Assembly: GCF_001194135.2 (NCBI RefSeq)
Contig: NC_068997.1
Coordinates: forward strand, 27,023,441-27,085,620
Direction: 5' to 3'
Source: Octopus bimaculoides
Lineage: Eukaryota
Length of the DNA stretch: 62,180 nucleotides
In this document: positions 52,633-62,180 of the stretch, piece after piece
How the letters are laid out: every line of letters begins with the position of its first letter
How positions within the stretch are numbered: position 1 is the stretch's first letter
Position numbers and translations under genes: made by a program
Notes under the pieces: model-generated
Seen by the model: only the letters and a program-made list of their open reading frames with translations
What the model was told of the DNA's origin: nothing
Databases searched by the model: none

Positions 52633-55600
52633 ATTGTAGCTCAACAAAGTACCTTCAAAAGTAACATTGCGTCCAGTGTCAACAGCATGTCAAATGGTAC
52701 TTTAGAACCAGATCAGTCAGGTCAGTGTTGCTATTGCTTCACATAGTTTGCATCTGAAATATTTGATAATTTTGTTGAAAATACGATATATATAAAACAT
52801 GACTGTATATGCACAGGCTATATGACAGTAAAAGTATGCATTAATGTGAGACATACAGTGGTGTGTATGCATGCACACATATACACATAAATACATGATC
52901 ATCATTTAACATTTGTTTCCCATGCTGGCATGGGTTGGATGGTTTGACAGGAGCTGACAAACCAGAAGATTGCATGTGGCTTCATTATCTGTTTTGGCAT
53001 GGTTTTTATGGCTGGATGCTCTTCCTAACACCAACCACCTTACAAAGTGAACAGAGTCCTTTTTGTGTATGTAGGTGTGACCAAAGTATGTATTATCTTT
53101 GTTAGAAATACAATGATGTATATAACTCTCTCTCTCTGTGTCACAAACTAACCTTTCATCATCTGACACAAGATCACCTCCTCCAATGCCCTCTCCCCTC
53201 TCAAAATTCCTTGTCTTGCAAGTTACTTGGTGATCCTGCTCATGCTGGCACCACATAAGCATTCAGTCCACTCTGCAGAATGGTTGGTGTTAGGAAGGGC
53301 ATCCAGCTGTAAAAGCCATGCCAAAACGGACACAGTAGCCTGGAGTAGTCTTCTACCTGGCCAGCTCCTGTCAAACTGTCCAACCTATTATGCCAGCATG
53401 GATGGTGGACGTTCACCAATGTTGATGATAATATAATGTTTGTACATGTATGTGTGTGGGCATATGTGACCACGAAAGTATGTATTTTTATTAGAATTAT
53501 AGTGTTATAGTGATTTGTGTGTGTATGTATTGTACCAATACAATACATGATGTATATAACCCACAACAGCATGTATGTATAGTGTTTGTATGTGTGTAAG
53601 TGTTTATGTATGGCCAAGAAAATATTATTTTTTTTTGTGAAATACTGGTTAGCAGTAACAACCTATGAGTTGTGTTATTTTTTTCCTTCCCTTTCTCCAA
53701 GATCCTACAAAAGTTATGCATTACCCTTGTTCTTTTGACTACGTCATTAAAAGAAAATTGAGTGTGTAATGTGTGCAGAATTATTTGCATTTCAGAAATG
53801 ACTGATCCTGTGAATACTGGTGGTATTTTTTCTGGTAAAACATTTATTTGTTGTGGATTAGCGGAAGATACACAAGTTATTGAAGGTGCTGTTATAGAAA
53901 ATGGAGGTATGTCCTTGTGATTATTTCATAATTTATGCCTGGAACACGGTTCTATTGCTGGTTACTTACTATTGGCATAAATAGTGTGTGTTTATGTTTA
54001 TTTTCCATGATGGTCTGAGTTGTACAAGTCCATTGCAATGCAGTGTTACATCACATGTTGTAGTACCGTATTGTGTATGTTATATTGTTTTTGTTTTTGG
54101 TGGAGAAGAGAGCAAAGCTGTGTGTGTGTGTGTGTGTGATTCTGAATCCTGACACCTCACGTAATTATTTGAATTTCACATTACCAATCCTCAGGCAAAA
54201 TAGAAATGCTAGTATTATTGATCTGATATTTAGAATGTTTAGAAAAAAAGTCTTCTGAAAATCTGATTAACTGTTTAAGTCATGAGGTGTTTTCTCTATA
54301 CAAAAACTCTCGTGCTTATTGGAAACTAGAGATTTTGATGAAATGTAGGTAGTCCAGTATAAGAATCATAAAAATATAACTATTGTATGAATTAGGATGA
54401 AATTTGCTGATATGGTATAATGATCTTTGGTGTATATTGTGAATGTGGTTTTTACTTGTCAAATTCTATCACTCGCCATGTTACTTTCAACTGCCCATGT
54501 AGGTTAAATACAGTTAAGTAGATTATATATTTAGGTATTTTCACACATATTTTTATGATATAAATTGTATTTAAAACATCATAAGGGAGGGAAACCTTGT
54601 TTATGAGGTGGCTGAACTTTGGAATTAAAATTAATAAGTCATATGTGATCAGATCTCATTCTTTAACTTCTAATCTTCACCTAACTCTCATTAAATCACA
54701 AATGCTATGTATTTTTATTCAATGTTATAATTTTAATTTTGTCTTTTTCTTTTTGTTTTGAAGGTAAAATTTTGAGAAACATTCATCAGATCCCTGATTA
54801 CGCACTCGTTCCACTGGGTGGCTGTACTATAAAATTCACTGCCAATGAAGTAGTCACTCATGTCTGGCTAGTCAGTATCATTTGTTATTACATCCCATAA
54901 TCTCCTGAAATTGTTCTGAGTTTGTCTGAACTTGCAAAATTCTTTCACATGAGATATTAATATTCATAGGTTGTGATAGATTGCTGTAAAAAGTTGTGAT
55001 GGATGGATGGATGTGTGGTGAGAAGTTTGCTTCCTAACCACATGGTTTTGGATTCAGTCCCACTGTATGAGCAAGTGTCTTCTGCTATAGCTTCAGGTCA
55101 ACCAAAATCTTATGAGTAGATTTGGTGGATAGAAACTGAAAGACACGCATTATACATGTGTATGTTTTGCTTAAATTAGGAATCATTATCGATACACATA
55201 TAAAACTAGCCTCGTCTTTTCATTAACGATACATTTCAAACAGTTTAGTCTCTACCTGTCATTTTCTTTTCTTTTATTCTATGTTTCTGGTAGCTTTTCT
55301 TACAACTGGGAACTCTTTCTACAGTCTGTTTGATGTCCAGCCATTTAAACTTAAGCAGGAAGGGTCATATGGTTTGTTTAGGTGCAAAGCATAAATGCTA
55401 AGAGTAGTATTAAATAAGGAAGGATGTTTTGAACTTCAGACCATGTCAGCCATGGTCCAGCACCCTTATTTCCCAAGTATACCTCATATTGTCTTATTTA
55501 CTTATATACATATGGCTTGATGGGTTAGAAATTTACATAATCTAATGGTTTGTGTGTTCCATTTCAGATCCAACTCATAAATTATGTAAATATTAGTAGT

Positions 55601-58600
55601 GGTTTATCATCATCATCATCATCATCGTTTAACGTCCGCTTTCCATGCTAGCATGGGTTGGACGATTTGACTGAGGACTGGTGAAACCGGATGGCAACAC
55701 CAGGCTCCAATCTAATTTGGCAGAGTTTCTACAGCTGGATGCCCTTCCTAACGCCAACCACTCAGAGAGTGTAGTGGGTGCTTTTACGTGTCACCCGCAC
55801 GAAAACGGCCACGCTCGAAATGGTGTCTTTTATGTGCCACCCGCACAAGAGCCAGTCCAGGGGCACTGGCAACGATCTCGCTCNNNNNNNNNNTCATCGT
55901 TTAACGTCCGCTTTCCATGCTAGCATGGGTTGGACGATTTGACTGAGGACTGGTGAAACCGGATGGCAACACCAGGCTCCAATCTAATTTGGCAGAGTTT
56001 CTACAGCTGGATGCCCTTCCTAACGCCAACCACTCAGAGAGTGTAGTGGGTGCTTTTACGTGTCACCCGCACGAAAACGGCCACGCTCGAAATGGTGTCT
56101 TTTATGTGCCACCCGCACAAGAGCCAGTCCAGGGGCCTTGGCAACGATCCCACTTAGCTTGCCGGGTCTTCTCACGCACAGCACATTTCCAAAGGTCTCG
56201 GTCAGTAGTCATCGCCTCAGTGAGACCCAATGTTCGAAGGTCTTGCCTCACCACCTCAGCCCAGGTCTTCCTGGGCCTACCTCTTCCACGGGTTCCCTCA
56301 ACTGTTAGGGAGTGGCACTTTTTCACGCAGCTATCCTCATTCATTCTCACATGTCCAAACCAGCGCAATCGTCTCTCTTGCACACCACTACTGATGCTTC
56401 TTATGTTCAGCTTTTCTCTCAAGATACTTACACTCTGACGGGTTTATGTTATCTGAAAATATTATTGTGGTATCATTAGAGTTGGAAAGTAGTAGGCAAT
56501 CCATCATAATTAGGTTTATAGAAACAAAGTTATATTTTGTACTTGTGGTGTGCTTGAATATTTAACTTATTGTTTTGTTCTCTCTTTATAGGAAACTTGT
56601 TTAGAAAAACATTGTCTGGTTCCTATTAGTGACAGTGTTCTATTTCAACCAATTGAAATCAACCACCTTGCCAAACCTCTAACAAATTGCGTCATATCAT
56701 TCAGGTAAGTGTCTTTTCTAAGAAAGACTAAAGCTTTCACAGAGCGCAGGTGGGACCCATAGTGAAGTACTGCTCCTATATCTGGGAGCATATGTTCACA
56801 TACACACACACACACGTGATGCTAATGTAAATATTTCTATATATGTAATTGGAACTTTCATTACTTTTTATACTTTTCCTAAGTGACACTAACCACACAC
56901 TGTCTACGACACCTCAAGGAATGGAATGGCGTTTAAGAGAGAAAGGAACAGAAGCCATAATGCTCTACTGTTGCCTAACTAATAAGCTGACAGTGTATTG
57001 AATGCTGATTGATCTTGCTGTTCAACAAAGGGAGTTAAATGATGATGATTATGTGTGTGTGTGTGTATACATAGGCACAGAAGTGGCTTGTGGTTGAGAA
57101 GCTTGCTTCCCATCCACATGGTTTGAGGTTCAGTCCTGCTGCTCAGCACCTTGGTCAAGTGTCCGCTACTATAGTCCTAGGCTGACCAAAGCCTTGTAAG
57201 TGGATTTGGTAGGCAGAAAATTTCTGTAAGCCTGTCATGACATGTGATGGTTGTAAACCACTGTTATCGTGTTTGACCATCGGGAAATATTACTTTGCCT
57301 GGAAACAGGTCAGTGTTAGTAACAAGGAGGGCATCTGACCATAGAAAATCTGGCTCAGCAAGCATGGAAAAGTAAACATTAAATGATGGTTATATATATA
57401 TTACATAAACTATGAGGTGCTGAAAAGTTCCTGGCTTTGGGTAAAAGAAAATACAGGAGGATCAGTTAATTATGATTTTTTTCAACATATTCCCTTCTCA
57501 GATTCACACACTTATTGCAGCATCCTTCAGTTTTTCCTAAGTCCTGTAAAAGAACTCAGAAGGTAGGGCTTCCAACCATGCCTTTTGCAATACCCTTAAA
57601 GCCAGGAACTTGTCAGCACCCCCTTGTAGGAGACCACCAGTCTGAAGGCAGTTATCTTTCTGATATAGTTTTAAGACACATTGTACCTAAATCAATTTTA
57701 CATTAACTTAATAAATTCTGAAGGATGGTAGATAAAAACACAATAACAAAGATTATTTTCTATTTCCACAATGTCTTTTATTAAGTGATTTATTGTAAAA
57801 CATTTTATTTGCAGTGGCTTGAATTATGTTGAAAAGAATTGCCTAATGTACCTTGGAAAAGTTCTTGGAGCAAAGTAATCAAGCATTTATAATTAAATTA
57901 ATTCAATGAATGTATCTTGATTTTTTTTTTTTCTTGAAATTCATTTTTAATTATTTCCTAATATCAGCTTCTTTTCTTTCTTTTTTATTGGTCATTAACC
58001 CATATACACCCCTAGTTGCATTTTCCCAATGCAATACCTGCTCCTACTTTGTTTGAACATGAACTTGCTGGGAAGCATCTGACTGAGCATACAAATTCCC
58101 TTTTCTCTTTCAATGTCTACAATTTGAGAGAACACATAAATTTCTAGCATGTCCAAGTAACTAGCGCCTGTAATTGTATTTTCTGCAAACATGAAAGGGC
58201 TGACAACACGATCAACCAGGAGTCCACACAACACATTAACCTTGGTCAAATCACAGACGTACTGGAAAACTTCATTGGGTTGTTGAGCTCCCCATATCCA
58301 ACTGTATGTCAGTTAATGCAGCCATTTATGTGGAATGTTGCTTCATCACTAAATAAAATTCTGTCATCAATTTCTCTCAGCATCATTACAGCAAATTCAA
58401 TGCATTTAGGATTATCTGTCTCCTTAATTTTATGTCTCATTTGAATTTTGTAAGCATGCAGTCTTAGGCGTTTTAGTTTTTGGCATACGAAGTTCCAAAC
58501 TGCGTCGAGTGGTGGACTTCTTAGGACTATGCAAATATGACAGTCTCAATCTTGTCAATAAGTACACCGAAAATGACATTGGACTGAAACAACTGGCTTA

Positions 58601-58830
58601 AACTCAGTGTGCCACAGTACACACTGCGCTTTCTGCTGTACAATCACCATGATTGCTGTGGAGTGACTGGCCAGACACTTGCTAGTGAAATAGTGATTTC
58701 AAGGACAACGCAGTGGCAAATATCAAAACTCCTACAGTTGTTATACAGTCCCACGTTGATTTCATACGGATCACTTGCTTATAGCTAGTGCAATTGACAG
58801 CTAAAATCACGGTGACCTTTTTCGATGACC

Positions 58831-58868
<38 letters not shown>

Positions 58869-61800
58869 TTTTTTAATTTCAGCACTCAGCTAGTTTTTGT
58901 GAAAAAGCCAACCAAAGGAATGTTAAGTAATACTCATTTAGTCGTCAAGGAAGCTGAGGGACAAAAATATGAAGCTGCTATTAAATGGAAGGTACATGTT
59001 GTGAAAATAGAGTAAGCATTTCTTTTTATTATTGTTGTTGTTATTATTAAGTGGGTAAGCTGGGAGAATTGTTAGAAGATTGGACAAAATGCTTTGTGGT
59101 ATTTGTTCTGATTTTTTTAATGTTCTGAATTAAAAACCTGCTGAGGTTAACTGTGCTCATCTCTCTGGGGTGGATGATATCAATTAATCCCCATGCTTCA
59201 AATTGCTGGATTTATGCCAAAGTTTGAAACCAAGTGGACAAGCTAGCAGAGTTGTTAGCACATTGCACAAAATGCTTGGCTTCATTTTTTCGACTATTTA
59301 CCTTCTGAGTGAAGGTTAAGAGATGTTTGAATGTAATTGAAAGTCTGGGGAGAGTAAGTGGGGTGAATGATACAGAATACATTCATATAATACAACACAA
59401 CACAAAACATTTGATTTAACTTGATAGGGGAGTCTCCAATGAAGTGGGCACTAATCATCAGTACAATCTTTTGAATTTCTTTGAGAGATGGATCTCCTGG
59501 GATGTTATCTGTTTCTGACATCTCTTTTTTATCAAGGGCAAGTGATATAACTGAGACGGTTTTTGTTTTAAGATGCCACAGCTTTTGTATTTCGATTTCT
59601 TGATCCTTATATTTACTGAGTTTGTTAAATTCCTTAACAGATACCTTCTTAGTTTATTAGTAATTTCTTTCCTGTTTTTAATGATTATCTAGTTGATTAG
59701 CCTAGATTGTTCTGTCAGTGTTAACAGGAAAATCCCAGAGGATGGTGACATCTTCACCTTCAAAAGTTTTTAATTAAAATATTCCACCAAACCTTAGTCA
59801 TAATTTATGTTCCTAACACTAGCTTAATGATAACCAAGTTATTTTACTAAATTCTTTGTTATATTTAAAATAATTGAATACTACTACTACTATTATTATT
59901 ATAGCTGTAATAATATTATTATTATTATAAGTACCAGTTGAACACTGGGATTGATATAATGAACCAGCCCACTTCGTTTTAACATTTCAGGCCTTGTAGC
60001 TATAGAAGAAAGGATTTTTATTACTTATTATAGGCAATGAGCTGGTAACATCATTGGCATGGAGGACAAAATGCTTAACATTTCATCCATCTTTATGCTC
60101 TGAGTTCAAATTCCATTAAGGTTTACTTTGCCTTTCATCCTTTTTAGGTCAATGAAATAAGTACTAGTCAGGTACTGGGTCAGTGCAATCGATTTGCCCC
60201 CTCTCCTAAAATTTCAGGGCTTGTGCCAATAGTAGAAAGGATTATTATTATATTGCAATATTTCTTAAATTTTTCAGATGGCTTTTAGCATGTGCAAAGA
60301 GTGGTAAGTTAGAGCCTGAAGTTAACTATATTTGTAAACCTGTTACCTGCAAAGATGATGTAACTCTGGTCAAGGAGAATAATGTCAACACTAATACTTG
60401 TTTAACTGAAAGTGGCCAAAATGATGGGAATAGTTCTTTTGTTACCAAGAAACGAACCTCGGTATCTGATGTGAGACCAAACCACTTGGCCAATGATGCT
60501 TCTGCCTGTAATGATGTTCAACAACCCCAGTGTAACAATATTGTCATGGAAGGCTTGGCTAGTTCAGACAATAGTCAGAAGGAGAATAGACATTCCCTAT
60601 CGCATAAACAGATGCCTGTCTCATTACAGACATCTAGAATTTTGGTATGTTATTTTACTTATTGTTTCTGCATGCCAACAAGGGATTCTCTATGTGGTTG
60701 TTTAACCTACTAGAAATAGCAGCTAAATCTCCCTCAAATCACACAATACAGTCTTAACCCATTTGATACCAACCTGCCTTAGGCTACTCCTGGTTCTATG
60801 ATACAAACATCCTATTTTAAAGTTATCTAAATTTTAAGCCTTCCATCAAAATTTCATAGTGATCTATGTTCTAAACACCAGCTGGAATAATTTTATTAAA
60901 TTCTTCATTACTTTCAAAATTAACAGAAACAAAAGCAATGTATTTCAACAAAAATATTGTAGCAAAAGGGTTAAATTAGAAAAGGAAACAAAAAGGACAG
61001 GATGGTCATAGATGGAATCCTTTTGATTATAGGGGTCTGCTTGATGACTGTTGACCTGATTACTAATTTTAATAAGACTCTGTATAGCAAGGCATCTGTG
61101 CTTGTGTGTCTATCATACTTGAGCCTCTCAATATAAGTAGCTATGCAGAGTCCTGTTATTGGTTTAAAGTGAACTTTATTGTTTCTGTGTATTTCCAGAT
61201 CAGGATTGAAGAAAACTGATGAAAGACATTTTAGTTTTAATAGTCTTGTCATTAGTGTATCAGGATTTAATTTTTCGCTCAGTTTAATGTTTGAGATGGC
61301 AGGGTGTGAGTTGTAAGAGCTTTGGCTGCTATTTTCAGCAGGTTAAGTGACCATGTGTCATTTGAGCAATTCCCTTTCTCCTGTTCATTCTCTTCACTGT
61401 CTTCTTTCTGTCTTATACTTTCTATTTATGACTTCAGAGTAGGCACCTGAATTGACAGGCTAGCTAGTTCATTACTTTGACAATGTTGTCACATTTAACT
61501 TGTTAGCGTACAGATTAATCTGTCAAATGTAATGCTTATTTGTTCATGTTATTTTGAATTATTCGGGTTCAAGAGGGGTGTCCACAATATTTGCTTGTAA
61601 TTTTGCTAATTTTTTTTACATACAAATTTGAAATTTTGTTAGTGGGTGCTTATATACCAGTAAATTATAGTTATGTAATTTTAGCCGATCTTGTTGATTA
61701 AATTTGACTTATGGGCAGATAAATTTCAATAACAGGTGTAAAAGCAATAACATTATGGATAAACACTTAAATTGTTTTGATTTATTTTTCTAGGAATTGC

Positions 61801-61919
61801 AAGAGAAAGATTGCCAGCTGTCACCCAAAGAAAATAACTTCCAACCTAAAATTGATACTGAAACACCTAGTAAATTCTTGGGCCAAGGAAAAGAATATCA
61901 TCCCAAATTTGAGCTTGAT
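39019..61919 (+). CDS. TOPBP1: DNA topoisomerase II-binding protein 1 (BRCT0-5 plus linker), 3'-partial; 22 coding exons, 2598 nt
   Basis: Spliced translation follows TOPBP1 colinearly: VTHLVAG.VGS.KY, CPIFKG, ECTHLIV.EPKGQKYE.AK.W, LDGCKIYLSGF, THL..K...G.KYEAA.KW, TPSKFL. All GT-AG with consistent phases. Confidence 0.97.
39670..40100 (+). mobile_element. Short RTE-3'-end-sharing retroelement with internal ~50-bp tandem repeats
   Basis: Shares the 3' ccaacccatg..gcatggaaag..gatgatgat end with the RTE; TSD TATTGGAAA at 39661-39669 and 40101-40109. Confidence 0.85.
41010..41201 (+). mobile_element. RTE-3'-end element nested in a SINE
   Basis: Contains the gcacgtaaaagcacccactacactctc...ccaacccatgctagcatggaaagcggacgttaaacgatgatg end and interrupts a SINE between aataaaataaag and atcgactaac. 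Confidence 0.8.
41570..41712 (+). CDS. TOPBP1: TOPBP1 exon, BRCT0 (ALEAYGFKPQWITEDECL...HLKSHGL)
   Basis: ccag/gtcagt boundaries; similar to human ITEEEAL..YICDPF..FDHLK. Confidence 0.93.
42869..42914 (+). CDS. TOPBP1: TOPBP1 exon (RILGPVCVLTCLELKV)
   Basis: ttcag/gtaagt boundaries; RIxGP motif. Confidence 0.92.
43519..43605 (+). CDS. TOPBP1: TOPBP1 exon (EIPRTKEPIHNLAMKDTIISCTNIDKVLR)
   Basis: tttag/gtaagt boundaries; ISCT start of BRCT1. Confidence 0.93.
43912..44410 (-). mobile_element. Older RTE-3'-related element
   Basis: catcatcattgtttaatgtctgctttccatgctggcatg..., two ggctggatgcc(c/t)ttc blocks; matches 52905-53410. Confidence 0.75.
44455..44715 (+). repeat. Degenerate ~23-25-bp minisatellite (ttattgt.atgttgacatgc)
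   Basis: Repeated gttgacat and ttattgt motifs. Confidence 0.7.
44885..44992 (+). CDS. TOPBP1: TOPBP1 exon, BRCT1 (ESLHMKVLMMGG...VTHLVAGMVGSSKYQ)
   Basis: acag/gtaggt boundaries; MMGG and VTHL motifs. Confidence 0.95.
45540..45613 (+). CDS. TOPBP1: TOPBP1 exon (VASNLKKYIMLPDWVNSVWEASQEG)
   Basis: tacag/gtatgt boundaries; BRCT Trp motif. Confidence 0.95.
46335..46462 (+). CDS. TOPBP1: TOPBP1 exon, BRCT2 start (CPIFKGLIVTVSGL)
   Basis: tacag/gtaagt boundaries; 128 nt. Confidence 0.95.
46919..46984 (+). CDS. TOPBP1: TOPBP1 exon (GGVYSGEMKVDECTHLIVNEPK)
   Basis: tgtag/gtaaga boundaries; ECTHLIV motif. Confidence 0.95.
47734..47904 (+). CDS. TOPBP1: TOPBP1 exon (GQKYEFAKQWKIQIVKPQWLYESI...TSTPT)
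   Basis: ttcag/gtcagt boundaries; 171 nt. Confidence 0.95.
48448..48608 (+). CDS. TOPBP1: TOPBP1 exon (NLSSIANIS...FLDGCK)
   Basis: ttccag/gtaaat boundaries; 161 nt. Confidence 0.93.
48710..49160 (+). repeat. Degenerate minisatellite with TGTCAAATTG core
   Basis: About 14 imperfect core copies spaced roughly 20-35 bp apart. Confidence 0.75.
49696..49769 (+). CDS. TOPBP1: TOPBP1 exon, BRCT3 (IYLSGFRGPDQERLLRIINVGGGTR)
   Basis: attag/gtaggt boundaries; 74 nt. Confidence 0.95.
50129..50218 (+). CDS. TOPBP1: TOPBP1 exon (FNSLNEHVTHVVMG...AIHR)
   Basis: ttcag/gtatgt boundaries; 90 nt. Confidence 0.95.
51222..51344 (+). CDS. TOPBP1: TOPBP1 exon (PHILNATWLLDC...EKPY)
   Basis: ttcag/gtgagt boundaries; 123 nt. 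Confidence 0.95.
51911..52062 (+). CDS. TOPBP1: TOPBP1 exon, linker (KPAPITKRK...DEELALMSQYL)
   Basis: ttttcag/gtaaaa boundaries; resembles human DEDLLSQY. Confidence 0.9.
52239..52560 (+). mobile_element. tRNA-derived SINE family A
   Basis: ggtgcaggtgttgttgtgtggtaagaagttt..ggttccaggctcagtcccactgc head containing A and B boxes. Confidence 0.8.
52640..52720 (+). CDS. TOPBP1: TOPBP1 exon, linker (AQQSTFKSNIASSVNSMSNGTLEPDQS)
   Basis: Long poly-T tract then tgtag acceptor, gtcagt donor; phase 1-1 fits. Confidence 0.8.
52897..53412. mobile_element. Two oppositely oriented RTE-3'-related copies
   Basis: 52920-53045 is approximately the reverse complement of 53280-53402. Confidence 0.8.
53796..53906 (+). 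CDS. TOPBP1: TOPBP1 exon, BRCT4 start (GIFSGKTFICCG...IENG)
   Basis: ttcag/gtatgt boundaries; 111 nt. Confidence 0.93.
54764..54870 (+). CDS. TOPBP1: TOPBP1 exon (GKIL...DYALVPL...EVVTHVWL)
   Basis: tgaag/gtcagt boundaries; matches DYAVVPL..EVVTNTWL. Confidence 0.95.
55607..56440 (-). mobile_element. Young 5'-truncated RTE-clade LINE (ORF2 C-terminus plus 3' UTR, (GAT)n tail)
   Basis: ORF 56102-56422 has RRLRWFGHV..RGRGRPRKTW..DRDLW, typical of RTE C-termini. TSD GGTTTA at 55601-55606 and 56441-56446. The 3' part is duplicated across a 10-N gap. Confidence 0.92.
56592..56704 (+). CDS. TOPBP1: TOPBP1 exon (ETCLEK...LFQP...PLTNCVISFS)
   Basis: tatag/gtaagt boundaries; 113 nt. Confidence 0.95.
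57411..57627. mobile_element. mariner-type MITE
   Basis: TIRs tatgaggtgctgaaaagttcctggcttt and aaagccaggaacttgtcagcaccccttgta; TA ends. Confidence 0.82.
57815..57874 (+). CDS. TOPBP1: TOPBP1 exon, BRCT5 (GLNYVEKNCLMYLGKVLGA)
   Basis: tgcag/gtaatc boundaries; 60 nt. Confidence 0.92.
57990..58838 (-). pseudogene. Decayed Tc1/mariner-superfamily transposon with frameshifted transposase
   Basis: TACACAGGGTC terminus in a TA tract; remnants QKAQCVLW..VQ, HAYKIQ, FSDEATFH.NG and KVNV.CGL..F.F.E.T.TG..YLDML. Confidence 0.85.
58883..59011 (+). CDS. TOPBP1: TOPBP1 exon, BRCT5 (THLVVKEAEGQKYEAAIKW)
   Basis: ttcag/gtaagc boundaries; 129 nt. Confidence 0.96.
60278..60644 (+). CDS. TOPBP1: TOPBP1 exon (WLLACAKSGK... 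plus long disordered linker)
   Basis: ttcag/gtatgt boundaries; 367 nt open, ends in phase 0. Confidence 0.9.
60754..60974. mobile_element. piggyBac-like MITE
   Basis: TTAACCCATTTGATACC...CAAAAGGGTTAA. Confidence 0.78.
61794..61919 (+). CDS. TOPBP1: TOPBP1 exon (…DTETPSKFLGQGKEYHPKFELD)
   Basis: ttctag/gtacgt boundaries; conserved TPSKFL..F.P.F motif. Confidence 0.92.
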
Positions 61920-61934
61920 GTACGTTTCATCATC

Positions 61935-62180
61935 ATCATCAGTATTATTGTTATTCATCATCATCATCGTTTAACGTCCGCTTTCCATGCTAGCATGGGT
62001 TGGACGATTTGACTGAGGACTGGTGAAACCGGATGGCAACACCAGGCTCCAGTCTGATTTGGCAGAGTTTCTACAGCTGGATGCCCTTCCTAACGCCAAC
62101 CACTCAGAGAGTGTAGTGGGTGCTTTTACGTGTCACCCGCACGAAAACGGCCACGCTCGAAATGGTGTCTTTTATGTGCC
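61935..62180 (-). mobile_element. RTE-family 3' end, near-identical to 55607-55850
   Basis: Same catcatcgtttaacgtccgctttccatgctagcatgggttgg... sequence; only two substitutions seen (62051 and 62055 area). Confidence 0.9.

Noticed and set aside
55668-55684. CTGAGGA...GAAAC hammerhead-like core in the RTE 3' UTR
   Set aside because: No stem II can form, it is antisense to the element, and GAAA is not conserved in the 40030 copy.
55953-56438. 161-aa plus-strand ORF
   Set aside because: Antisense shadow of the RTE ORF2 and 3' UTR.

Overview
AT-rich, microsatellite- and SINE-dense eukaryotic DNA with N gaps. The repeat families look like Octopus (inference). Two intron-rich genes lie head-to-head. 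On the minus strand, SMARCE1/BAF57 (SWI/SNF HMG subunit) has its ATG at 28624 and 10 coding exons down to 106; the 3' end is outside the window. On the plus strand, TOPBP1 (multi-BRCT replication/checkpoint scaffold) has its ATG at 39019 and 22 coding exons (866 codons) up to 61919, also continuing outside. I checked the GT-AG boundaries and phases by hand and all are consistent. The ~10 kb between the start codons is relatively CpG-rich. It holds the presumed promoter(s), a 660-N gap and a 613-bp foldback transposon. Introns carry RTE-type LINE pieces and their short 3' derivatives, at least three SINE families, piggyBac-like and mariner MITEs, a decayed Tc1/mariner transposase and degenerate minisatellites. 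I found no clearly new multi-gene system. The best leads are: candidate stop-containing cassette exons around the SMARCE1 HMG exon, a lineage-specific SMARCE1 exon, the foldback element and uORFs at the TOPBP1 start, a twin-priming-like inverted RTE insertion, and a CpG-decay footprint of gene-body methylation. Most ORFs in the supplied track are spurious.
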